Source: Candidatus Omnitrophota bacterium
GTDB taxonomy: Bacteria > Omnitrophota > Gorgyraeia > Gygaellales > Profunditerraquicolaceae
Length of the DNA: 37,994 nucleotides
Reading direction: 5' to 3'
Assembly: GCA_043802425.1 (NCBI GenBank)
Contig: JAZDLA010000012.1
Location: 1 to 37,994 of the forward strand
The position numbers were made by a program, and so were the translations under genes. The notes beneath the pieces are model-generated. The model ran no database searches and had not been told where the DNA came from. It saw only the letters and a program-made list of their open reading frames with translations. Numbering within the stretch: position 1 is the stretch's first letter; every line of letters begins with the position of its first letter. Below, in pieces: positions 1-9,604 of the stretch.

Positions 1-2
1 TT

Positions 3-422
3 CCTGATAGAGAGGCCCGGATTATTGAAACCCTTCTTAATGGCGGCGAGCCTGTTACTAAAGACGCGCCTGTTTTAAAGAAATGGTATCAATTTGATAC
101 TTCATTGAGGAATGAGTTGGTTATGGTCAGGGCCAGCCGTAAAAAGATTGAGCCGCAAAAATATGTACGCGGCAGGCACGCGGTAGATGCGCATTTGGCT
201 AATGTCGCTACCCTAGCCGCAAGAGACCCTTTGATCTTAGAGGCCGAGAAGATTCTGGATTTAAACCGCTGGCAGGCAATCGAGGATTTTGTCAAAGGGC
301 ATTATTTCGATTTAGAGGTATTGGTTGCTTATGCATTACAGTTATCCATACTCTTACGTTGGGAAAAAATTTCTACTCAGGATAAAATCGCGGCATTAGA
401 AGAGGTAACCAAGGTAGCCTGA
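3..422 (+). CDS. 5'-truncated CDS, the last gene before ntpA. V-ATPase operon accessory protein, in the slot held by the DUF2764 / subunit-C-like gene in Bacteroidetes/Chlamydia-type operons
   Basis: Frame 3 is open from the window edge to TGA 420-422, so the listed TTG start at 105 is probably internal. The stop lies 1 nt before the ntpA ATG (424). I recognise no diagnostic motif, so the assignment rests on operon position only. Confidence 0.45.
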   Translation, partial: PDREARIIETLLNGGEPVTKDAPVLKKWYQFDTSLRNELVMVRASRKKIEPQKYVRGRHAVDAHLANVATLAARDPLILEAEKILDLNRWQAIEDFVKGHYFDLEVLVAYALQLSILLRWEKISTQDKIAALEEVTKVA

Positions 423-423
423 T

Positions 424-2166
424 ATGAGAAGAGGGAAGATCGCCAGAATAAGCGGCAACATGGTCTCTGTAGAGTTTGACTCTTTTGTTATTCAGAACGA
501 AGTGGCCTATATCCTCCACGGTAGGGAGCGCCTGAAATCAGAAGTAATCCGCATAAAAGGCAATAATGCCGAGATGCAGGTGTATGAAAGCACTACCGGC
601 CTTAAGGTCGGCGATCTAGTGGAATTCACCGAGGAGCTACTTTCAGTAGAATTAGGCCCGGGGTTATTAGGGCAGATATTCGACGGCCTGCAAAACCCGC
701 TTCCGGATTTGGCAGAAGAATGTGGGTTCTTTTTAAAGCGGGGCGTATATATAGAAGCGCTTAAGGACCAGACGCAATGGCATTTTACTCCGGAGAAAAA
801 ACCCGGGGATCGTCTGCGCCCCGGAGAAAAATTAGGTTTTGTCCCGGAGAAAATATTTAAACACTATATTATGGTTCCTTTTAACCTGGCGGGCCATTTA
901 GAAATCATAGATATAGCCGGTGCCGGTAAATATAACCTGAAGCAACCAGTAGCCAGGTTAAAAGATGAGCACGGTAAGGAGCATGAAGTATTTTTGCAGC
1001 AGGTCTGGCCGGTGAAGATTCCTATTACAGCCTACGCGGAGAAACTCAAGCCCGCAAAACCGCTGATTACAAAAATGCGCCTTATTGATTCTTTATTTCC
1101 GGTTGCCCTCGGAGGGACATATTGTATCCCCGGGCCCTTTGGGGCAGGTAAGACCGTGTTGCAGCAGCTTACCAGCCGCCACGCCGAAGTAGATATTGTG
1201 ATCATTGCTGCCTGCGGTGAGCGCGCCGGAGAAGTGGTAGAGACGCTGAAGACTTTTCCCGATATCATTGACCCTAATAGTGGCCGGCCTTTGATCGATC
1301 GTACGGTGATCATATGTAATACCAGTTCTATGCCTGTAGCCGCCAGAGAGTCCAGCGTATATACGGCAGTAACCATTGCCGAATACTACCGCCAGATGGG
1401 CCTGAATGTCCTGCTCTTGGCTGATTCTACTTCCCGCTGGGCACAGGCAATGCGGGAGATGTCCGGTCGGCTGGAAGAGATTCCCGGAGAAGAAGCCTTT
1501 CCGGCGTATCTGGAATCACGCATCGCTTCTTTTTATGAGCGCTCCGGAGCAGTCAGATTGCATGATGGTTTAAACGGATCGGTGACTATCGGCGGAACGA
1601 TCAGCCCTGCGGGAGGGAATTTTGAGGAACCGGTGACCCAGGCGACCTTAAAGGTAGTAGGGGCATTTCACGGCCTTTCCCGGGAACGCTCAGATGCCCG
1701 CCGTTATCCGGCGATAGACCCTTTAATCAGCTGGAGTAAATATAGTAGCTTTATTTCCGCGGAACAAGTTAAAAGAGGGCACGATATTCTGCGTAAAAGC
1801 CACGATGTGGCCCAGATGATGAAGGTTATCGGAGAAGAGGGCGTTTCCTTAGGGGATTATATCGATTATCTTAAGGGCGAATTTCTTGATTTCGTATACC
1901 TGCAACAGAATGCCTTTGACCCTGTTGATGAAGCCACTCCTGCCGAGCGCCAAACCTATGTATATGCTTTTATATATAACATCTTGGGGTGCGAATTGAC
2001 CTTCGTAGATAAAGATCAAGCGTTACATTTCTTTCAGGAGTTAAGACAATTATTTAAGGGCTGGAATTCGGCGGCGTGGGAGAGTCCGGAATTTGAGGCT
2101 ATTGAGAAAGAGATGTCAGCGTTGATACAGAAACGCCTGGCATTTAAGGAAGAGACAAATGCATAA
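424..2166 (+). CDS. ntpA: V-type ATP synthase catalytic subunit A
   Basis: 580 aa. Walker A is [32 protein letters not shown] and ERAGEV blocks are present, and the length and insert are typical of V/A-type A subunits. It overlaps ntpB by 8 nt. Confidence 0.95.
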   Translation: MRRGKIARISGNMVSVEFDSFVIQNEVAYILHGRERLKSEVIRIKGNNAEMQVYESTTGLKVGDLVEFTEELLSVELGPGLLGQIFDGLQNPLPDLAEECGFFLKRGVYIEALKDQTQWHFTPEKKPGDRLRPGEKLGFVPEKIFKHYIMVPFNLAGHLEIIDIAGAGKYNLKQPVARLKDEHGKEHEVFLQQVWPVKIPITAYAEKLKPAKPLITKMRLIDSLFPVALGGTYCIPGPFGAGKTVLQQLTSRHAEVDIVIIAACGERAGEVVETLKTFPDIIDPNSGRPLIDRTVIICNTSSMPVAARESSVYTAVTIAEYYRQMGLNVLLLADSTSRWAQAMREMSGRLEEIPGEEAFPAYLESRIASFYERSGAVRLHDGLNGSVTIGGTISPAGGNFEEPVTQATLKVVGAFHGLSRERSDARRYPAIDPLISWSKYSSFISAEQVKRGHDILRKSHDVAQMMKVIGEEGVSLGDYIDYLKGEFLDFVYLQQNAFDPVDEATPAERQTYVYAFIYNILGCELTFVDKDQALHFFQELRQLFKGWNSAAWESPEFEAIEKEMSALIQKRLAFKEETNA

Positions 2167-3457
2167 AGTATATACGAATATCCTGCAGATTGCCGGAGAT
2201 GTAATTACCGTGGAGGCTGAAGGTATAGGGTATATGGATATTGCCGAAGTTTCTACGCGCCGCGGCATGTCTTTGGCCCAGGTCATCCGTATCGATGGTA
2301 AAAGAGTATCTTTACAGGTATTTGCGGGTAGCCGAGGCGTTTCTACCGGGGACAAAGTGAAGTTTCTAGGCCATCCTATGCGCGTATCCAGCGGCGAAGA
2401 CTTGCTCGGACGCATATTTAACGGAAGCGGTATACCTTTAGATAAAGGTCCTGCGCTCTCTGAGAATATCGTGGATATCGGCGGAGCTCCGGTAAACCCG
2501 GTAAAGAGAGTTATACCGAATAAAATGATTTATACCGGTATTCCCATGATAGATGTTTTTAATTCGCTGGTAGAATCGCAGAAACTCCCCATCTTCTCAA
2601 TTGCCGGTGAACCTTATAATGATTTATTAGCCAGGATTGCCGTGCAGGCCGAGGTAGATATAATCATTTTAGGAGGGATGGGCTTAAAGCACGATGATTA
2701 TCTTTTCTTTCGGGATAACCTTCAGGAACATGGGGCCTTGCCGCGTTCGATACTTTTTATTCACACCGCCTCTGACCCTACCGTAGAATGCCTATTGGTC
2801 CCTGATATCAGCCTGGCAGTTGCCGAACAGTTTGCCTTGGCAGGCAAGAGAGTTTTGGTGCTGCTTACCGATATGACAAATTTTTGCGATGCCTTAAAAG
2901 AGATCGCTATTACCATGGAACAGGTGCCTTCAAACCGGGGGTATCCGGGGGATCTTTACAGCCAGCTGGCAGCGCGCTACGAAAAGGCAGTGGATTTTGA
3001 GGGTGCAGGTTCTATTACTATACTGGCCGCTACTACTATGCCCGGAGATGATGTGACCCATCCCATACCGGATAATACCGGCTATATTACCGAGGGCCAA
3101 TTTTATCTGAAGAACGGCGTAATTGAACCCTTCGGCTCATTAAGCCGCCTTAAACAGCAGGTTAACGGCAAGACGCGCTCTGACCACAGGGCGATCATGG
3201 ACACCATGATTCAACTCTTTGCCGGCTATAGGGCAACCTTGGAAAAGCGCTCTATGGGTTTTCAGATGAGCGCCTGGGATAAAAAACTCCTCTGCTATGG
3301 AGAGATTTTTGAGCGGGAGCTCATGTCGCTAAGAGTCAATATACCCCTGGAGAAAGCGTTGGATTTATGCTGGCAGATTTTAGCAGAGTGCTTTAGCCCG
3401 GAAGAGACCGGAATTAAAAAATCTTTAATAGAAGAATACTGGCCAAAAAAGCAGTAG
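2159..3457 (+). CDS. ntpB: V-type ATP synthase subunit B
   Basis: 432 aa. B-subunit blocks [28 protein letters not shown] and [20 protein letters not shown] are present, with no canonical P-loop. It sits directly after A. Confidence 0.95.
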   Translation: MHKVYTNILQIAGDVITVEAEGIGYMDIAEVSTRRGMSLAQVIRIDGKRVSLQVFAGSRGVSTGDKVKFLGHPMRVSSGEDLLGRIFNGSGIPLDKGPALSENIVDIGGAPVNPVKRVIPNKMIYTGIPMIDVFNSLVESQKLPIFSIAGEPYNDLLARIAVQAEVDIIILGGMGLKHDDYLFFRDNLQEHGALPRSILFIHTASDPTVECLLVPDISLAVAEQFALAGKRVLVLLTDMTNFCDALKEIAITMEQVPSNRGYPGDLYSQLAARYEKAVDFEGAGSITILAATTMPGDDVTHPIPDNTGYITEGQFYLKNGVIEPFGSLSRLKQQVNGKTRSDHRAIMDTMIQLFAGYRATLEKRSMGFQMSAWDKKLLCYGEIFERELMSLRVNIPLEKALDLCWQILAECFSPEETGIKKSLIEEYWPKKQ

Positions 3458-3482
3458 GTAGCAGATAGTAGGTAGGGTTAGG

Positions 3483-4097
3483 ATGAAAATTAAATTAACT
3501 AAGGGCGAATTAAAAAGACAGCGTGATGCTTTAAAACAGTACCTGCGCTATCTACCGATGCTGCAGTTGAAAAAACAGCAGTTGCAGATGGAAATTCTTA
3601 ATCAGCACACCTTACTGGCAGAGCGAAGGCGCCTATTGGACAACAAGATGCATAGTGCACAAGCTTGGGCGGGACTCCTCGCTGACCCCGGGATAGATAT
3701 CCATAAGCTCGTTGTAGCAAAAGGGGCGATACGCACAACAAGAAATATTTCCGGGGTGGATATCCCGGTTTTTGAGCGTGTAGAATTTACGCCCGTAGAA
3801 TACGATTTATTCCTTACTCCTTTATGGGTTGATGCAGCGATAGACATAATTCAGCAGCTGATTTCTCTTAAGCAGGAGATTAAAACAATTGAGGAGGGAA
3901 TTATTATTTTAAGACACGAATTGGCAATTACTACGCAACGCGTCAACCTCTTTGAAAAAGTAAAGATCCCCGAAGCCCAAGAGGCGATCCGTAGGGTTAA
4001 GGTTTATATCGGTGACCAGATGGCTAATGCTGTTGGCCGCAGCAAGATTGCCAAGAGAAAAATCCAGGAGTATGTTTTAGAGGGGGTAGCGGTATGA
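3483..4097 (+). CDS. ntpD: V-type ATP synthase subunit D (central stalk)
   Basis: 204 aa. Both termini look coiled-coil (TKGELKRQRDALKQYLRYLP, TTQRVNLFEKVKIPE), as in V-type D subunits. It sits between B and I and overlaps I by 4 nt. Confidence 0.85.
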   Translation: MKIKLTKGELKRQRDALKQYLRYLPMLQLKKQQLQMEILNQHTLLAERRRLLDNKMHSAQAWAGLLADPGIDIHKLVVAKGAIRTTRNISGVDIPVFERVEFTPVEYDLFLTPLWVDAAIDIIQQLISLKQEIKTIEEGIIILRHELAITTQRVNLFEKVKIPEAQEAIRRVKVYIGDQMANAVGRSKIAKRKIQEYVLEGVAV

Positions 4098-5860
4098 TTG
4101 TGCCTATGAAAAAGGCCCAGATCATTATCCAGGCCAAAGACGATAACGCGGCCGTAGCCAAACTGCGCGACTTAGGGTTGCTACATGTGGAGCATCAACA
4201 GGCCCCGGCAGGTAAAGATATTACGGCGATTCATGAAGACCTGGGTTTATTAAATACCGCGCTAAATATCTTATCAGATCAAGAACCTAACCGTAGACCC
4301 TCTTTAGGGCAGGGTAAAGAACTGGCTGACTGGCAGGCTATAGCCAGGCATAGCGTCGATGCTCAAAAGAGAATAGAGCACCTACGGGAATACTCCAGGA
4401 ATTTAGAGAATAAAATTATCGAGTGGCAATTGTGGGGAGATTTTGATCCAGAAGAAATCCAATCGCTAAGCCAGAAGGGCGTATACGTAAGACTCTATCA
4501 GATCCCCGCAAAAGAAATGCATCGGCTGCCCGCGGATGTTGTGGTAAAGAGGATATTTAGCGCCAAAGGGCTAGTTGGCTGTGTGGTTATCTCTAAGGAA
4601 AAGGTGGATATTCATTTTAAGGAGATAACCTTGCCTAAGATGGGGCTTGCCCGGATGCGCGCGCGTTTGGCTGAAGATATGCGGGTAGAAGGGTCTATAA
4701 AAGAAGATCTCAAAAGACACGCAGTTTATCTGGAGGGGTTTTTGAGGATAAAGAGAGGGCTCCAAAAAGAGTTAGAGTTTAAGGAGTCCTTACAGGGTAT
4801 GGGGCAAGTCGCCGACCTCAAATATCTTACAGGTTATATCCCCTTTGATGCGGTTGATCTATTGACAGAGGCAGCGCGCAGCCATCATTGGGGCATTATG
4901 ATAGAGGACCCGTCTGGAGAAGACCGTGTTCCTACCTTATTACGTAATCCGCGCTGGGTTTCTATTATTAATCCTGTGTTTAGATTAATATCAGTGGTAC
5001 CGGGATACCGGGAGCTGGATATCAGCCTTTGGTTTCTGCTCTTTTTTTCCGTATTCTTTGGTATGCTCATCGGTGATGCAGGTTATGGGTTGATCTTCCT
5101 TGGCCTTACCTTTTTTAGCCAGAGGAAATGGGGCAGGAAAACAGAGAATAGTTCAATATTCATGCTCTTTTATATTTTAAGTTCCTCTGCTATTCTTTGG
5201 GGGTTATTGAGCGCTACCTTTTTCGGGCAAGAGTGGATTGCGGGATTTGCCAAACCCATCATCCCTGCGCTTAGAGATGACGCAAGAGTGCAATCCTTCT
5301 GTTTTCTCTTGGGGGCGCTGCACTTAAGCATCGCGCACCTGTGGAGGTTCATATTAAAGTTTCCCTCCTTGTCTGCCTGGGCAGATATAGGTTGGATATC
5401 TATCCTCTGGGCGGCATTCTTTTTGGCAAAGTTTTTGATTCTAGGGCATACCTTTCCGGTTTTTGGAAGAGGGCTTATTATAGCGGGTGCTGGCGCGGTA
5501 TTGTTCTTCTCTAACCCTAATAAAAACCTCTTTAAATGCGTCGGTGGTGGGTTAGGTATCCTTCTACTTAATCTGATGAATAATTTTACCGATGTAGTTT
5601 CTTACGTGCGTCTCTTTGCCGTAGGGCTAGCCACGGTGGCTGTAGCCGATGCATTCAATAAGATGGCTTTAAGTATAGGCTTTAACAGTATTTTTGCCGG
5701 TATCGCCACAGGCCTGATTCTTATTCTAGGGCACAGCTTAAATATCCTGCTGGGTCCGATGTCTGTGCTGGTGCACGGAGTAAGATTAAATGTGCTTGAA
5801 TTCTGCAATCATCTTGATATAAAATGGAGCGGGTTTAATTACCGGCCTTTGAAGAATTAA
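4094..5860 (+). CDS. ntpI: V-type ATP synthase subunit I (a-type stator/channel subunit)
   Basis: 588 aa. A soluble N-terminal half is followed by a multi-TM C-terminal half containing SYVRLFAVGLA (the conserved essential-Arg helix of a/I subunits) and GPMSVLVHGVRLNVLEF. Confidence 0.85.
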   Translation: MIVPMKKAQIIIQAKDDNAAVAKLRDLGLLHVEHQQAPAGKDITAIHEDLGLLNTALNILSDQEPNRRPSLGQGKELADWQAIARHSVDAQKRIEHLREYSRNLENKIIEWQLWGDFDPEEIQSLSQKGVYVRLYQIPAKEMHRLPADVVVKRIFSAKGLVGCVVISKEKVDIHFKEITLPKMGLARMRARLAEDMRVEGSIKEDLKRHAVYLEGFLRIKRGLQKELEFKESLQGMGQVADLKYLTGYIPFDAVDLLTEAARSHHWGIMIEDPSGEDRVPTLLRNPRWVSIINPVFRLISVVPGYRELDISLWFLLFFSVFFGMLIGDAGYGLIFLGLTFFSQRKWGRKTENSSIFMLFYILSSSAILWGLLSATFFGQEWIAGFAKPIIPALRDDARVQSFCFLLGALHLSIAHLWRFILKFPSLSAWADIGWISILWAAFFLAKFLILGHTFPVFGRGLIIAGAGAVLFFSNPNKNLFKCVGGGLGILLLNLMNNFTDVVSYVRLFAVGLATVAVADAFNKMALSIGFNSIFAGIATGLILILGHSLNILLGPMSVLVHGVRLNVLEFCNHLDIKWSGFNYRPLKN

Positions 5861-5888
5861 TAGAGCGGCAATTTAAAAGGAGAGAGAG

Positions 5889-6338
5889 ATGGAACAGACA
5901 ATCTTAGCGCAATTGGGGGATTTAGGGGTAAGCGCGGTTTTAGCTTTATCTGCGGTAGGTTCAGGGTTAGGAGCAGGGGTAGCGGCTATGGCAGCAATTG
6001 GCGCCTGGAAGAAGGCCTTTGCGCAAAACAAGACAGCCACTTTTATGCTCGTGGCTTTTGTGGGCGCGCCATTGACCCAGACTATTTATGGGATGATTCT
6101 GATGAATAAAATGGCCGAGCTCGCCGCAAAGGGCGTCTATCTGTGGAGCGTAGGGATTTTCTGTGGTTTGGCTATAGGTATCTCGGCATTGATGCAGGGC
6201 AAAGCAGCGGCTGTTGCCTGCGATGCCATGGGTGAAACAGGTAAAGGCTTTGGTAATTATATTGTGGTCTTGGGTATCGTGGAAACGGTTGCGCTTTTTG
6301 TGATGGCCTTTGGCCTGGGGCTTTTAGGTAAATTTTAG
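5889..6338 (+). CDS. ntpK: V-type ATP synthase proteolipid subunit K (4-TM c-type), Na+-site motif present
   Basis: 149 aa and Gly/Ala-rich, with 4 predicted helices. Motifs are PLTQTIYG (T63, Q64), LMQGKAA (Q103) and GIVETVALF (E132). A strong SD (AAAGGAGAGAGAG) precedes the ATG. Confidence 0.9.
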   Translation: MEQTILAQLGDLGVSAVLALSAVGSGLGAGVAAMAAIGAWKKAFAQNKTATFMLVAFVGAPLTQTIYGMILMNKMAELAAKGVYLWSVGIFCGLAIGISALMQGKAAAVACDAMGETGKGFGNYIVVLGIVETVALFVMAFGLGLLGKF

Positions 6339-6351
6339 TTCTGTAATATTT

Positions 6352-6428
6352 GGGCGCTTAGCTCAGCTGGTTAGAGCGGTTGACTTACATTCAACAGGTC
6401 GGGGGTTCAAGTCCTCTAGCGCCCACCA
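6352..6428 (+). tRNA. tRNA-Val (anticodon TAC), CCA encoded
   Basis: Hand-folded cloverleaf. Acceptor GGGCGCT/AGCGCCC, D arm GCTC..GAGC, anticodon stem GTTGA/TCAAC with loop CTTACAT, T loop TTCAAGT, discriminator A plus CCA. 77 nt. Confidence 0.92.
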
Positions 6429-6497
6429 TTTTATCTTCAAGGCAAAAATTTATTGCAAAGAGAATAACTTTCAGTTACAATTAACTTTCTGCTTTAT

Positions 6498-6576
6498 GGG
6501 CCCGTGGTGCAGCCTGGTTTAGCACGTCAGATTGTCGATCTGAAGACCGCGAGTTCAAATCTCGTCGGGCCCGCCA
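6498..6576 (+). tRNA. tRNA-Asp (anticodon GTC), CCA encoded
   Basis: Hand-folded cloverleaf. Acceptor GGGCCCG/CGGGCCC, D arm GTGC..GCAC, anticodon stem TCAGA/TCTGA with loop TTGTCGA, T arm GCGAG-TTCAAAT-CTCGT, discriminator G plus CCA. 79 nt. Confidence 0.92.
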
Positions 6577-6609
6577 TTCAACTTATGATATTCTATATAT
6601 GCAGATACA

Positions 6610-6636
6610 GAGCTAAATTAAGCATAGCTCAGTTTT
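6610..6636 (+). terminator. Possible weak intrinsic terminator after the tRNA pair
   Basis: GAGCTA-aattaagca-TAGCTC hairpin (6 bp) followed by AGTTTT. The stem is short and the T-run is only 4 nt. Confidence 0.3.
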
Positions 6637-6726
6637 AGCTTGTTGAGTCAAACCCCGCCAGGCAAATTCCTACAAAAAAGAGGAGGCAAAGAAATTGCTT
6701 AAAAAGACACCCGGCTATAAGACGCC

Positions 6727-7599
6727 ATGGATGAAAAAGTGCCCTTTATAAGTTTTAAAAAAATATTAATTTTGGGGGGGATGATAGTAGTATTAATCCA
6801 GCCTATGGGCCCCAGAACACCTGGGGAATGCTCGGATAACCTTGCACTAAAGAATGAAGAATTAATCCCCGAACACTGGAAGGATAAATACGGTATTTCT
6901 TTTAAGGAAGTAGCCAAGCTAAATGGGCAAGTTTTTTTTATCGATGCAAGAGAGCCGGAAGAGTTCGCTTACGAACACATAAAAGGAGCCAAGCATATTA
7001 GGGCCAGAGATATTGACTCCATTGAAACAATAAAGAAGGCATTTAATTTAAGCGATAAGGAATTCAAGCAGTCATTTTTTATTATCTATTGTCACACCGG
7101 CACCAGGGCCGCGGAAATACCTGCAAAAGTAGAAGTCAATAATATCAAATTCTTGCTTAAGGGGGGGATGTTCTTACGCTTGGAAGAAAATCAACATTTG
7201 ATATATAGGGATCTCGAACAGACTATATTTGATGTAGATTTAGTAAATGAAGGTTTTTCTATATCTATAGACAGGGCGATAGAATTATTAAGGAAAAGAG
7301 AGGCCCTATTTATTGACGGACGATTATACAAAAAAAATCCTCTACCCTTTGCCTATGACTTCAGGATAGGCCAACTGTCTACCCGGGAGTATGAACAAAG
7401 ATTAACTAATCTCTTGAATTTTATTGATAAAAAGATTATTTATATCGCAGATAGTTATGCGGATGTTTATTACGCTAAACTTTTGGTACAAAGGCTAAGA
7501 AAACAATACGCTTTTAAGATTAAGAATTATTTTGTGTTATTCAAAAAAAGCGATCTATTTTATCGAAAATTGAAAGATTTGAATTTGTTGGTTGAATAA
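6727..7599 (+). CDS. Membrane-anchored tandem rhodanese-domain protein (paralogue 1)
   Basis: 290 aa with an N-terminal KK plus one hydrophobic helix. Domain 1 has FFIDAREPEEFAYEHIKGAKHI, IIYCHTGTRAAE (CX4R active-site loop) and LKGG. Domain 2 (LFIDGR...IIYIADSYADVYYAKLL) has Asp at the Cys position, as in inactive rhodanese modules. There is no SD before ATG 6727, so the start is uncertain. Confidence 0.75.
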   Translation: MDEKVPFISFKKILILGGMIVVLIQPMGPRTPGECSDNLALKNEELIPEHWKDKYGISFKEVAKLNGQVFFIDAREPEEFAYEHIKGAKHIRARDIDSIETIKKAFNLSDKEFKQSFFIIYCHTGTRAAEIPAKVEVNNIKFLLKGGMFLRLEENQHLIYRDLEQTIFDVDLVNEGFSISIDRAIELLRKREALFIDGRLYKKNPLPFAYDFRIGQLSTREYEQRLTNLLNFIDKKIIYIADSYADVYYAKLLVQRLRKQYAFKIKNYFVLFKKSDLFYRKLKDLNLLVE

Positions 7600-7621
7600 T
7601 ATATAATATGGGAAATATACT
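7592..7621 (+). promoter_or_regulatory. Candidate sigma70-like promoter for the beta-helix genes (weak call)
   Basis: TTGAAT-N18-TATACT lies about 90 nt upstream of ATG 7711. The region is very AT-rich, so chance matches are likely. Confidence 0.25.
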
Positions 7622-7710
7622 TTCTACTTCTCCGAAAGCATGATAATATGTAACCGTGGATTAAATAATTAATAAACAAATCGTAACGGTAATAAGAAAG
7701 GAGTCGGGAT

Positions 7711-8015
7711 ATGAGAAAAAAGTTTTTTTTAGCTATCTGCGGCATAAGCGTTATAGGGTTGGCTTTTGTCAACAATCAAGCCTGTTTAGGCGAAGATAAG
7801 GCCGAAACAGTGATATCTGCCGGGAAACATGAGTTCCCGCAAGGGATTATAGTCAAAAAGGGCGAGGCTCTAATCGTGAACCCAGGGGCCCATTTGAAGA
7901 TGGGTAAAAACACCAGAATCATCGTAGAAGGAAAAATTATTGCCAAAGGCACCAAAGACCGCCCGATTATATTTTCCGGAAGCGATGGTTATTGGAGGGG
8001 GATTAAGATTACGGG
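7711..8015 (+). repeat. 305-nt near-identical 5' module, copy 1 (codons 1-102 of beta-helix gene 1)
   Basis: My hand alignment to 9300-9604 gives 297/305 identical positions and no indels. Similarity starts exactly at the ATG and collapses after ACGGG. Confidence 0.9.
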
Positions 8016-9303
8016 TCAAGAAAAAATTCCTGCTTCTGATTCATTCTGGCAATGGTTAAAAGAAGGAGACGAACAAAAAGAGCATTTTTTTCTTTCTAAA
8101 ATTCAACAGGGGAATATTTTTAAATATTGTAAATTTGAAAATATTTCTACTGAAGAGCAGAAATTACGTTGTACTAATAAACGGATTGGCGCTTTAGAAA
8201 TCTACAATAGCTCGGTTCAGGTGAGTAATTCTGAATTTAATGACATTCTGCACATTGCAGGGGTATTAACCCAAGAATCTTATGTATTAGTAGCGAACAA
8301 CTCTTTTATTACCAACTTTATTCATAAAAGTGTAAATATTACCCGTAATTGTATAGCGGTAATCTACCAAAACGAGATTATTCAACAGCGGGTTAAAAAC
8401 CAGACCTGCGCTGATGGAATCTGGGTAATCGGTTCTACCGTTCTTGTTATGTCAAATAACCTTGAAGGCATTGGCGATGACGCTGTGGATATCAAGGGTT
8501 CTCGTTCTATAATTATTAATAATAAAATAGATACTGTTTGGGATGAAGGCATAGATTTGGAGGGAGGGATAAATCTTGTCATTCGAAACAGCATAAATAA
8601 TAGTAATGAGTCCGGAATTATGATCACGCAAAGTAAAAATACGGCTTTAGTAGGGAACACGATTAGGAGATCAAACATTGATGGTGGGTTGACTTTAAGA
8701 AACGGCGCCGTAGTTACAGCAACAAAAACTACCATACAAGATAGTAATACGGGCGTACTCTTCAAACAAATCATCCCTCTGGGTATATCGGAAGCGGACT
8801 TTATAAAAACTAAAGAACAGCTACTTGTTACGCCCCCGGAAGAGATTGCTCCTGGAATGTGTGATTCTCTCACCCCAGCTGACCTTATTAACAAACTAGA
8901 GTCAGCTTATACCAAAGAAGGTAATTATTATTATTATAAGTTTTCTACTTTTGACGGCTTAGTGGAGGAGGTCTTCAAGACTATAAAATTTGAACCAGAA
9001 GCTGTCAATACTGATAGGATAAAGACTTTGCCTCTTTATGCAAAACAAGAAAATCGTTTATATCTGGTAGATTCCAGGCTGGAGAATAATAGAAAAGATT
9101 TTTTAATTTTTAATAATTTCTTATTAAATATAAATAACACTGAATTTACTGATGAAGAAAGTAAAACGCAGATTCAAAAAAAATGCACAGCTGATTTCAA
9201 GCCCCAATTTATAGATGACCTTGGGGTTTCCTCTGTTATTTCCAACTCTAACAGAATACTACAAGTTTTAAATCGACAAGTTTTAAATATTAACGAAGAA
9301 TGA
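7711..9303 (+). CDS. Secreted right-handed parallel beta-helix repeat protein (paralogue 1)
   Basis: 530 aa. SD AAGGAG lies 7 nt upstream. The signal peptide is MRKKFFLAICGISVIGLAFVNNQA. Stacked rungs of about 22-25 aa are visible (NNLEGIGDDAVDIKGSRSIIINNKIDTVWDEGIDLEGGINLVIRNSINNSNESGIMITQSKNTALVGNTIRRSN). The K/E/N-rich C-terminal ~170 aa has no repeats. Confidence 0.75.
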   Translation: MRKKFFLAICGISVIGLAFVNNQACLGEDKAETVISAGKHEFPQGIIVKKGEALIVNPGAHLKMGKNTRIIVEGKIIAKGTKDRPIIFSGSDGYWRGIKITGQEKIPASDSFWQWLKEGDEQKEHFFLSKIQQGNIFKYCKFENISTEEQKLRCTNKRIGALEIYNSSVQVSNSEFNDILHIAGVLTQESYVLVANNSFITNFIHKSVNITRNCIAVIYQNEIIQQRVKNQTCADGIWVIGSTVLVMSNNLEGIGDDAVDIKGSRSIIINNKIDTVWDEGIDLEGGINLVIRNSINNSNESGIMITQSKNTALVGNTIRRSNIDGGLTLRNGAVVTATKTTIQDSNTGVLFKQIIPLGISEADFIKTKEQLLVTPPEEIAPGMCDSLTPADLINKLESAYTKEGNYYYYKFSTFDGLVEEVFKTIKFEPEAVNTDRIKTLPLYAKQENRLYLVDSRLENNRKDFLIFNNFLLNINNTEFTDEESKTQIQKKCTADFKPQFIDDLGVSSVISNSNRILQVLNRQVLNINEE

Positions 9304-9604
9304 GAAAAAAGTTTTTTTTAGCTATCTACGGCATAAGCGTTATAGGGTTGGCTTTTGTAAACAATCAAGCCTGTTTAGGCGAAGATAAGGCCGAAACAGT
9401 GATATCTGCCGGGAAACATGAGTTCCCGCAAGGGATTATAGTGAAGAAGGGTGAGGCTCTAATCGTAAACCCAGGGGCTCATTTGAAGATGGGCAAAAAC
9501 ACCAGAATCATCGTAGAAGGAAAAATTATTGCCAAAGGCACCAAAGACCGCCCGATTATATTTTCCGGAAGCGATGGTTATTGGAGGGGGATTAAGATTA
9601 CGGG
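9300..9604 (+). repeat. 305-nt near-identical 5' module, copy 2
   Basis: See copy 1. There are 8 mismatches, and 7 of them are synonymous. Confidence 0.9.

Noticed and set aside
1032-2415. - strand ORFs of 114 aa (1032-1376) and 99 aa (2116-2415)
   Set aside because: They are antisense to ntpA and ntpB, which are highly conserved and certainly coding on the + strand.
8382-8894. A 170-aa ORF on the - strand inside beta-helix gene 1
   Set aside because: It is antisense to a gene with clear repeat architecture and a signal peptide. It has no start context or motifs and is a typical shadow frame.
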